This document shows, in pieces, positions 55,993-64,000 of a DNA stretch of 64,000 bases; within the stretch, counting starts at the first letter, position 1; every line of letters starts with the position of its first letter. The notes beneath the pieces were generated by a model. That model was not told the origin of the DNA. It saw only the letters and a program-made list of their open reading frames with translations, and did not search any database. Origin of the DNA: a virus; IMG/VR virus record IMGVR_UViG_3300042905_004067. One strand, 5' to 3'. A program made the position numbers and the translations under genes.

Positions 55993-58941
55993 TTATCTAC
56001 AGGAGGAACATGTATTCATCGTTTTAAAACTATATTCAAATTGATTTTCATAATTTTTAGTTTTAAAGTATATAGGAATCATTCTACATGCCCTTAATTT
56101 AGCCTGTTGAGAAGATTTTAACAATGAAACCATTTTTCCAGTTGAGAAATCCTGAGTATAGGCTCGGTGTGCCTGTGTTGTTTTATATTTTTTCCAAGTA
56201 TCTAACAGTCCGTCTGGTGAAGACAGAGGATCTTCTAATGAAAAATTATAGTTTTCATAATTTTTTACACCGAAAGAACCAGATTCTGCCGATTTAATTT
56301 CAATGACTTTTCCGCCAGTAGTAGAAGACCAATATTTATTTTGATTTGATATTGTTTTCCAAGAAGAACTATTTGAATTATAAATTATTCCTTGATTGAT
56401 TGCATCTAAGTTGTGATACATCATGTTTAGTTCTAAAGCACTTGGTATGTACCAATCAGAATAACCGTTATACATCTGTTTATTTTTAGAACTAATTTGA
56501 TATAAAGCCGTTGTTTGATTGTTTACGGCATACCACATTTCTTTATACTTTTCTTTGAAGTATGTTTCGTTTGTTGTGATTAAATTTTCATCAATTGCTG
56601 ATTGCCAATAATTTGCTTTGCTATGTTTAAATCTTAACATAGCAAGAGGATCTATGGTTTTAGGGGTTCCATCGATAATATAATTGTTTCGTATGAACCA
56701 AGTATTTCTTTCGATTGTGGTTTCATCAAATAGTCTGGTATTTAATAACCCATCAAATACTGTTGTTCCATAGGGTGTCAATACATTATTTTGCCATAAA
56801 CTGTCTGTGTAATTTTTCATGTAACTTGGTACACTGAAACCGGAAACAGACATACTCATACCAAACGACAATGTATCACCAAAATCTTCTGGAGCAACAA
56901 CAAGAACCCATGCATTTGGTATATTTTCGCCGTGAATGTGTTTTGCAAATTGTTTGTATGCTAATATAGAATTAAAACCATATTTTTTGTTTGTTCCACC
57001 ACCATCGTTGCAAGATTTACTATCTTCAGTGAAGCAAACATCACTTAGTCTATTGTAGAATGTTAGTTTATACTTATCTGGATATCCAGAAAGGGATTTA
57101 ATATCCTTTATTAATATTTTTCCGCTGCTGTCGCCTAAGTTTTTAGAAGTTACATACCTAGAAGGAGAAAAATTAGAGCAGTTACAATTTAATCTTGAAT
57201 TAAACACACCATTTACTGCAATATAATTTTTTATTCCAGTGCCTTTAGCATTTTCTATTTCTGATATAACTTCGCCTCTTGCAAAATAACCAGAAGTATC
57301 AAAACCGGATGGTGGAGGATAGCCAACAAATCCTGCGACGATTCCTCCTTCAAAATAATCTCCAATTTGTAAACTATTTGTTATTTCAATATTTGCATCC
57401 GTTAAAACTCTAGTTGAAGCAATTCTATTTTCTAGCGTATCTGTACAGCAAGATGAATTGGCGCAAACACTTGTTGGTCCTTGATAAATGCCACCTTGTT
57501 CCATACATTCTTTTGGTGTTAAGTTATCAATGCATTCTGTTTTTCCAAAACAGCAAGCACCATAAATGCCATCAATGCAACAATTTCTTTCTTCACATGG
57601 AACTTCTGCGTAAATCCCGTTTAATCCCCTACAAATATCTTGAGATGCGTCGCTTAAAGGCAAACTATAACACGTTCCACTTACGCAGCACGATGCATCA
57701 TTATCTGAAACAGTACAAGTATCCGGGCATCCACCTTTTATGTTTAGTTCTGAGCATCTTATATTTTGGAAAAATGTTCCAAAGACCTTATTACAAACTT
57801 CTTTATTGGTTTCTATACAAATTCCATTTACACAACAAACACCACCAGAATAACAATCTCCTGTTAAATATCTTTCGTTACATGATTTAAAACTAAAGTT
57901 TCCTTTTATATTTTCACAAAATGCTTTATTAACGTAATCAATACAAGTTCTGCTAACAATTGAGCCTGTTCCTTCTGGATCATTTGTGCAGTAACAGCAA
58001 GAACCAATTATTGAAGAAGAATATGTTTGATTGGAATATGTTATTCCTTTTCCAATCATGTCTATTTGAATAGGACCAGTTAGTGCAACACCAATAAATT
58101 CGGGGGTATCAATAAAAGTAATTCCTTCTACTCTAAATGACATTTTAGGATAAAGATTACCATCTTCATCTTTTACTGTTATAAAAATTCCCTGATCTGT
58201 TCTATTAAATATTCCAGATGAATTTGAAGTTAATGCGTATGATACGTCAACTTGGTTTAATACTTCATTGACTTTATCGTTTTCAACATTTATCCAGTTT
58301 AAATTGCCTGTATAACCAACTTTAAACTGAGTTGTGTAGTCTTGATTTATTTTAAAAGTAAAATTATCTAAAGTTAGTCCAAGTAAACTTCCAGAAACCG
58401 GAGATGTAATATCTCTATTATATCTTGTTGTTGAATCTCTTGTAGGAACTGCGGAAAGATCACCGGGACCAGTTCCTGAATCTAAGTATAACAACCCACC
58501 AGTTCTTCCAAATATAGAACTGGGTGCTGAGGGACTTTCGATATAAAAAGAATCAAAACTAATTCCGGCAGTTGCTTCTCCTTCTACCTTTAATGATTTA
58601 AACAATAAATGGTATGGATTATTCCCGGAAAAACCAGCAAATAAACTAAAGTGTGTTGAGTTTCCAGTTTCTTGTATTTTTAAATTTGGATTTGCTACAC
58701 GAAGTATTGATCCACTGGGTGCAGTAACTCCAAAAGAAACAAATGTGTTATTTGTATATGTTATACCAAAGACATAATTTTCTATAGACGAAATAACATA
58801 TGAGGCACCACTTGCGCCTGTTGGTCCAGTTATTGAAAAACCAGTAATACCAATAGGACCAGTTGGTCCTGTAGCACCACGAATATAAGTTACACCAGAG
58901 ACTACTAAGTTACTTGGTATTGTCGAAGAATAAAAGGGCAT
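55993..58941 (-). CDS. Cys-rich putative tail/fibre protein with DUF1566/CLec-like domain
   Basis: GATGPTG N-terminus; four CC repeats; IGDYFEGG; SDWYIPSALEL...YWSST...RACR. Confidence 0.6.
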   Translation of the reverse strand: MPFYSSTIPSNLVVSGVTYIRGATGPTGPIGITGFSITGPTGASGASYVISSIENYVFGITYTNNTFVSFGVTAPSGSILRVANPNLKIQETGNSTHFSLFAGFSGNNPYHLLFKSLKVEGEATAGISFDSFYIESPSAPSSIFGRTGGLLYLDSGTGPGDLSAVPTRDSTTRYNRDITSPVSGSLLGLTLDNFTFKINQDYTTQFKVGYTGNLNWINVENDKVNEVLNQVDVSYALTSNSSGIFNRTDQGIFITVKDEDGNLYPKMSFRVEGITFIDTPEFIGVALTGPIQIDMIGKGITYSNQTYSSSIIGSCCYCTNDPEGTGSIVSRTCIDYVNKAFCENIKGNFSFKSCNERYLTGDCYSGGVCCVNGICIETNKEVCNKVFGTFFQNIRCSELNIKGGCPDTCTVSDNDASCCVSGTCYSLPLSDASQDICRGLNGIYAEVPCEERNCCIDGIYGACCFGKTECIDNLTPKECMEQGGIYQGPTSVCANSSCCTDTLENRIASTRVLTDANIEITNSLQIGDYFEGGIVAGFVGYPPPSGFDTSGYFARGEVISEIENAKGTGIKNYIAVNGVFNSRLNCNCSNFSPSRYVTSKNLGDSSGKILIKDIKSLSGYPDKYKLTFYNRLSDVCFTEDSKSCNDGGGTNKKYGFNSILAYKQFAKHIHGENIPNAWVLVVAPEDFGDTLSFGMSMSVSGFSVPSYMKNYTDSLWQNNVLTPYGTTVFDGLLNTRLFDETTIERNTWFIRNNYIIDGTPKTIDPLAMLRFKHSKANYWQSAIDENLITTNETYFKEKYKEMWYAVNNQTTALYQISSKNKQMYNGYSDWYIPSALELNMMYHNLDAINQGIIYNSNSSSWKTISNQNKYWSSTTGGKVIEIKSAESGSFGVKNYENYNFSLEDPLSSPDGLLDTWKKYKTTQAHRAYTQDFSTGKMVSLLKSSQQAKLRACRMIPIYFKTKNYENQFEYSFKTMNTCSSCR

Positions 58942-61748
58942 TATAGAATATTCCTTAGTAAGTCAGGTACTTTCCATAATTTATATGAATCACTTGTTGA
59001 ATCTGGATATAATCCATCACATCGCATTGCTCGAATTGGTCTAATTTTTAATTCTTCTGTTCTATTTTCTTTTTTAACCTTATAGTTTTCTATTTGTCCA
59101 GAAGAATCAAAATACATTCCCCAAGCAACAGAACCATGTTCTGGTTTTCCTGATGTATAAATTCCTTCTCCGGTGATACCAGTGTCGAATGAACCAGTCG
59201 AAGACCAGTGCCATCCATATAAAGGAATACCATTGTTTGCAAGAAGATATTGATTCACGTTAAAACCATAATATTTATTTGTTGAATCATTTACCGTATT
59301 AGCCGCAATAAATGCTAGTTCATCGTGACTAGGAATGTACCAATCGCTTAGTTGCTCTGGATTTGCGGTTAAACCATGAGAGTTTTGATAATCATTATTA
59401 TCAAATAGTTTTAGCGCCCACAAAGAGTTCATTGTTATACCGGCGGCAAATTCATCATATGTGAAAATAGAACTACTATTAATCTTTAAGTAATTTGCAT
59501 TATCTGCACATAACATTCGAATAGTATTGTAGAGTCCCCAATTTCTGTGCCATAATCCATTTGAAGTTTTTATATTTCTTGCAAAAAGTCTAGCAATTGG
59601 ATCTGTACCATTTTTTCTAGTAGAATAGCAAGTTTGGAAAGTGTTTGTTTTTATGTTATCTAAACTCTCTCCAGTTATTCCATAAAATCCTTCACCATAT
59701 TGTAAATATTCTTTTTCATAAGTTTTATCTAAGAATGTAAAATCACTATAAGAATTATAAATTGGAGACAACATTGGACCCCATGCAATACCACTGCCAT
59801 ACCATGCAAATTCTTCTTTGAATACTTCCTCTTGAGTTGGATTTACTCCATTTAGATCTCTGTCTACCGATGCAGGGTAAAGAGAAACTATTATGTAATA
59901 TGAGTCTGTATCTTTTCTTCTTAACGCGGCACATGTTTCTCCGGTAAATCCATATCCGATGTAATCACACTCGCTTTGATAATAATGACTCGTTGTTTCT
60001 CCACCAAACATAAAATCTGCGGTGCTTCCGTGCCGCGAGAATGCATGTCTTGCTCCTAATATTTTTGATTTGTTTGGACTATACACACCAACCACCATTC
60101 CACCACCAAACAAATCTCCAGGTTTTAGTGGTGTCTCTAAAAATCCTCCACAACGTAAAGATGAATTACATGTAATACCGGAGCAAGATGAATTTGTTCC
60201 AAAATAGTAACCACCATTTTCGAAACAAGTTTCTGCTGTAGAATTTGTGCATGTTCCTGTTGAAGTGCAACATGCACCGGTTCCAGTTGAACACACAGGA
60301 TCTTTAGAATTTGCAACACATGAAATTGCTTTTCCTAAGAAATTTCCGCCGCTTAAAATACAATCAATTTGTGTCTTAGAGGTGCAATTTCCTTTTCCAT
60401 CACAACATGCCCCTCTATCTTCAAAACATTCAGAACAATCCACGGTTGAACATATAGTTTCAATTCCATTAAAAACTGCTTGTGTTGAATTATTATTCAA
60501 AGCCAAACAATCATCTACTGATATATTTTCTAAGCAGTATGTGTTTACTTTTCCATCTATAGTATTTTTTACGCAGCAAGAACCATTTTGTTGAGAACAC
60601 AAATACGATCCAGTTATTCCACAAGTAGTTCCTGCTCCCGCAAAGAAGCCATCACAGAATTCGTATGTTGTATATGTGCAACCACTAACGCCAGTGCAGC
60701 AAGCACCTGTCATTCCATTATAACTTTGTAATATTCTTTGTGCTTGTAATGGTAATTGCTGATTTAAATCTGCACAGAAAAAATCATCCACATTACTATT
60801 TTTTCCAAAAATATAACCATAATATTGTGAATTTATATTAACAAAGTGTATTACTATATTTTGATTTTGTAATGGGCATGGAATTTTATTAAAAGGAAAC
60901 ACGACAGGTATACCAGAACCGTATTCAAATTCTGGAGGTATAAAAGTAGTTAACCAGTTTCCGTTTTGAAGATGCAACGAAAAAGAATTAATTATACTGC
61001 TGTCTTGTATACTAATAGTATTAACACCTTCGAAAGACTGATTACGGAAATTTTCTAAATCAGCAGAAAGTATTTTAGATCTACTAGATCTTTCTGATGT
61101 GGTTGGGTATATAAACCAAAGAGGTGTTTGAGTAATATTAAATGGTTTATCATTAGTACCATAAATTGGAGATTCTGTTTTTTCAAATACATTTGCTTTA
61201 TTGATTTTAATAGACTGTGCTAGTTTTCCGTATTTTGCAGAACCTAATGTTGCACCCACTAAATTTCCACCACCATCAGTTGCCAAAATATCTGTAAGTT
61301 CACCATAAAGATGGGTATATGTTCCATCATAGCGATCAACATTAACCAAAATTTCTCTGTTTGAATTTTGATTCGTAAGTTCTATTGAAGAACGAATTCC
61401 AGTAGTTCCCTCTAATTTTCTTATTACTACTGTTTGTTGTGATGGAATGCTACTTTTAAAAATGTAACCAGTTCCTGTTGAACCAGTTTTTCCATCCATT
61501 AATATGGAAGTATTTCCAGTTATGCCTTTAAATAAACCAGTTGCAGCAAAAGTAATTCCATTTTGAAATGTGCTTATGAGCGTATAACCAGATAAAGTTA
61601 TGCTAGCAAATCTTAAAAATGCAGTTGCACCAGTTGGCCCTGCTAGATCATTTCCTCTTGGGCCCTGAGGACCAGTGCTTCCGGTTGCACCATAAACCGT
61701 GATGCCTTTTATGGATTTAAACTGGCTACTACCACGAATTGATGGCAT
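58941..61748 (-). CDS. Cys-rich putative tail/fibre protein with DUF1566/CLec-like domain
   Basis: GATGSTGPQG N-terminus; four G(A/S)CC repeats; PGDLFGGG; SDWYIPSHDEL...WSST...RPIR. Confidence 0.6.
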   Translation of the reverse strand: MPSIRGSSQFKSIKGITVYGATGSTGPQGPRGNDLAGPTGATAFLRFASITLSGYTLISTFQNGITFAATGLFKGITGNTSILMDGKTGSTGTGYIFKSSIPSQQTVVIRKLEGTTGIRSSIELTNQNSNREILVNVDRYDGTYTHLYGELTDILATDGGGNLVGATLGSAKYGKLAQSIKINKANVFEKTESPIYGTNDKPFNITQTPLWFIYPTTSERSSRSKILSADLENFRNQSFEGVNTISIQDSSIINSFSLHLQNGNWLTTFIPPEFEYGSGIPVVFPFNKIPCPLQNQNIVIHFVNINSQYYGYIFGKNSNVDDFFCADLNQQLPLQAQRILQSYNGMTGACCTGVSGCTYTTYEFCDGFFAGAGTTCGITGSYLCSQQNGSCCVKNTIDGKVNTYCLENISVDDCLALNNNSTQAVFNGIETICSTVDCSECFEDRGACCDGKGNCTSKTQIDCILSGGNFLGKAISCVANSKDPVCSTGTGACCTSTGTCTNSTAETCFENGGYYFGTNSSCSGITCNSSLRCGGFLETPLKPGDLFGGGMVVGVYSPNKSKILGARHAFSRHGSTADFMFGGETTSHYYQSECDYIGYGFTGETCAALRRKDTDSYYIIVSLYPASVDRDLNGVNPTQEEVFKEEFAWYGSGIAWGPMLSPIYNSYSDFTFLDKTYEKEYLQYGEGFYGITGESLDNIKTNTFQTCYSTRKNGTDPIARLFARNIKTSNGLWHRNWGLYNTIRMLCADNANYLKINSSSIFTYDEFAAGITMNSLWALKLFDNNDYQNSHGLTANPEQLSDWYIPSHDELAFIAANTVNDSTNKYYGFNVNQYLLANNGIPLYGWHWSSTGSFDTGITGEGIYTSGKPEHGSVAWGMYFDSSGQIENYKVKKENRTEELKIRPIRAMRCDGLYPDSTSDSYKLWKVPDLLRNIL

Positions 61749-61749
61749 T

Positions 61750-62949
61750 TTAGATTCCTAATTTTTGTTCTAGAACTTGTATTCTTGCTTCAAGATCCAC
61801 CAATTTAGAATCTACGTTTGCGATATTTTCCGTTGACATCGTACCACCAATCACTAGATTATTAAAATTTACATTTTCTGGTAGATATGAGACTACTGTA
61901 TCTGGTTTGACACGAAGTAAAGTTTTAGTGGAAAAATCTAAAACTTGAGTAGATGTTCCGACTTTTGCATCAACATTTAGTGAAATTTTTGGTGTTTTAA
62001 AATGTGTAATTTCACCAGAAGTTACAGTTACTTTTGTGAGATTTGCAACTGGTTCTGATATCTCATATGTTGAATAAAAAGAACTCCATAAAATTTCATT
62101 TGTAGAATTGTGTTCTACAATTATGTAATTTTCAACAGTGTTTGCACTTATAACCAATGCGTATGCTCCAACTCCTCTTTTTGTTGTAGGATTAAGTGGT
62201 CTTATTGATTTTCCAACCAATCCTGATACAAAAGAAACAGATCCATTTACAGATAATTTTTCGTAAGAGCCATAACTAGTTCCATAAAGTGCATACGCAG
62301 AAGAGTATTCGGAGACTGATAAAAACTGAGGAATACTTGTATCAACCCATCCCTCTGGAACAGAAGAACCAGAATCTACAACTTTTATGTCTCCAATTGT
62401 CGATTCAGAACTTCTTACTGTAAAATCTGATGCTTCCGATGACTCGTATCCAAGATAATTAATTACAACCGAGTTATAGTTTGTTCCGGCAACTGGACAC
62501 ACCTGTAAAACTGGTTTTACTATAAATCCTCTTTGCTCAACTAACTCAAATGTTATTCCGCCTGGAACCGATGGGCTTAAAAAGAAAACATCTGTTCCAC
62601 CAATACCACCAGATGACGCTGAAATTCCTGCTATAGTAGAAGTTAGATTTGGATAAACCATAAGTCCCGAAGTTACAATTGTGGCATATGTAACACCAGA
62701 TACTTGTTCGATTTTTTCAACAATTCCTATAACTTCAGCATTTGACAATCCATTATCATCATAGTCTGGATCTGCAATAGATCTTGTAAATTCTTTGTCA
62801 TCTACGTCATAACGAATAACATCACCGGCGGCAATACTGGAATCCCAGTTCACATTTGTTTGTTGTTGAAATGCTATACGAAGACCGCTGGTTGCTTCAG
62901 TTGTGTTTATTGATATTGAATTAATAGTCGAGTTTGAGCAAGATGACAT
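61750..62949 (-). CDS. Putative tail/baseplate structural protein
   Basis: AGDVIRY...AEVIGIV, FFLS...G domain; tail-collar-like segment (IGD...VPEGW...Y...Y..YG); C-terminal coiled coil. Confidence 0.55.
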   Translation of the reverse strand: MSSCSNSTINSISINTTEATSGLRIAFQQQTNVNWDSSIAAGDVIRYDVDDKEFTRSIADPDYDDNGLSNAEVIGIVEKIEQVSGVTYATIVTSGLMVYPNLTSTIAGISASSGGIGGTDVFFLSPSVPGGITFELVEQRGFIVKPVLQVCPVAGTNYNSVVINYLGYESSEASDFTVRSSESTIGDIKVVDSGSSVPEGWVDTSIPQFLSVSEYSSAYALYGTSYGSYEKLSVNGSVSFVSGLVGKSIRPLNPTTKRGVGAYALVISANTVENYIIVEHNSTNEILWSSFYSTYEISEPVANLTKVTVTSGEITHFKTPKISLNVDAKVGTSTQVLDFSTKTLLRVKPDTVVSYLPENVNFNNLVIGGTMSTENIANVDSKLVDLEARIQVLEQKLGI

Positions 62950-62964
62950 CTTCTATCCTTATGT

Positions 62965-64000
62965 TTATGGAGTTTCAGGAGTTTCATATTCTATAGGTTC
63001 TGATGGACCTCTATCGTATGGACTTGGATCTATATCTGCATCAGCAATTATATGGACTAAAATATCATCAAAAATCACTGCACCAGTGTTTACAGTAAAA
63101 GCCACACCATATGTATTTCCGGCTGCTGTAAGTGTTGATGCCCCTGTTGGAGAAAATCTTGTAATTTGATTCCATCCACGAGTACCGGAAGTTAATCTCA
63201 TATCTTTTTCAGCGGATTTGTTATAACCATCATTTTGTGTTCCGCTTTTTGGTGAATACACAGTAATTTGGGGTGCTTTTATTTGTTCAACTGGTAGTTT
63301 AAAATTATAAGAATAACTTGGTGTTACTGTGAAATTCAAAGCAGTTAAATCGTTTCCATTTTGAAGTGTAACGTCACCCGTATTATATTCAAGAGGATAT
63401 GATCTATAATAATATTTGTTTTGTTTATTTTTTTCCTCAATAGGATCTGAAACAAAATTAGTGGATATTTTAGATTGTGTTTGTTGAAGTAAAACATTTG
63501 AAATGCTAATATTACATTCTGGTAATATTTTAAATCCAATAGAAAAATAATGATCGCCACTTATTCCATTATAATTTACACTGGAAGGAGTAAAATTTAA
63601 AGAATATTTTTGCCAATATGGTTGTACTGATAACTCTGTGGGCAAAACTGTGCTAAATTCTGTGGTGTTTGGATTTACTGCTTGTCTATAATAGCAAGAT
63701 AAAGTTCCTCCAGTTATTCCAGACAATATTTTTGCAGAAAAACTTAAAGTTAATGGTACATTTTGGAATGAATTTGCACCAAATTGTTTATTTTCAAAAT
63801 AACAAAAACCAGAAGTTACTCCTGTTATTTGATTAGTTATTGTTACATAGTTTCCATAACCATGAATTGTTCCTATGTTAAATTTTTCTTTATAGACTTG
63901 AATTTGTCCGGTACTTCCACTAATTCTTTGTTGACTATCTATTAAATACCAACGATCTGCTGTTTTTCTGAGAGGCGCAGTCAACGTATTACCGGCATCT
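62965..64000 (-). CDS. Putative tail structural protein (5'-partial)
   Basis: Frame open to the window end; ADRW, TLSFSAK, WQKYS, KYYYRSY, YSP motifs typical of phage tail CBM-like domains. Confidence 0.55.
   Translation of the reverse strand, partial: DAGNTLTAPLRKTADRWYLIDSQQRISGSTGQIQVYKEKFNIGTIHGYGNYVTITNQITGVTSGFCYFENKQFGANSFQNVPLTLSFSAKILSGITGGTLSCYYRQAVNPNTTEFSTVLPTELSVQPYWQKYSLNFTPSSVNYNGISGDHYFSIGFKILPECNISISNVLLQQTQSKISTNFVSDPIEEKNKQNKYYYRSYPLEYNTGDVTLQNGNDLTALNFTVTPSYSYNFKLPVEQIKAPQITVYSPKSGTQNDGYNKSAEKDMRLTSGTRGWNQITRFSPTGASTLTAAGNTYGVAFTVNTGAVIFDDILVHIIADADIDPSPYDRGPSEPIEYETPETP

Noticed and set aside
48853-61748. Diversity-generating retroelement
   Set aside because: CLec-like targets are present, but I saw no reverse transcriptase and no TR/VR nucleotide repeat pair in the window.
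1-64000. Stop-codon reassignment, introns/inteins, homing endonucleases, tRNAs
   Set aside because: Core genes (gp17, gp20, gp23, uvsW, gp46) are intact and of normal length in the standard code. Intergenic gaps are tiny and no tRNA-like structure was recognised by eye.

Overview
A 64-kb segment of an AT-rich T4-like myovirus genome, with essentially all genes on the minus strand. In transcription order (right to left) it holds: putative tail/baseplate proteins, including four large Cys-rich 'G(A/S)CC'-repeat proteins, three with DUF1566/C-type-lectin-like C-termini; the T4 morphogenesis block gp13-gp23, with an unusually short tail sheath and an extra internal-protein-like gene; gp3, uvsY, uvsW, gp55, gp47 and gp46; a PLP-enzyme plus DNA amino-methyltransferase pair; rnh (apparent ATT start), gp45, gp44, gp62 and regA. 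Directly after regA, where T4 has gp43, lies a ~17-kb glycan biosynthesis island: about nine glycosyltransferase-like genes, RmlB, an Fe-S/PMP 3-dehydratase (RfbH/E1), a YerE-like TPP enzyme, a NeuB-cupin fusion, a sulfotransferase, a methyltransferase and a GT2-TPR protein. It is followed by a collagen-like protein. The main candidate novel system is virion-wide glycosylation. The island lies behind a late-promoter motif, and many virion proteins, including core gp14 and gp18, are strongly enriched in a short G-x-[T/S] (notably G-I-T) motif that may be the acceptor sequon. All family assignments come from motif recognition by eye; no database searches were run.
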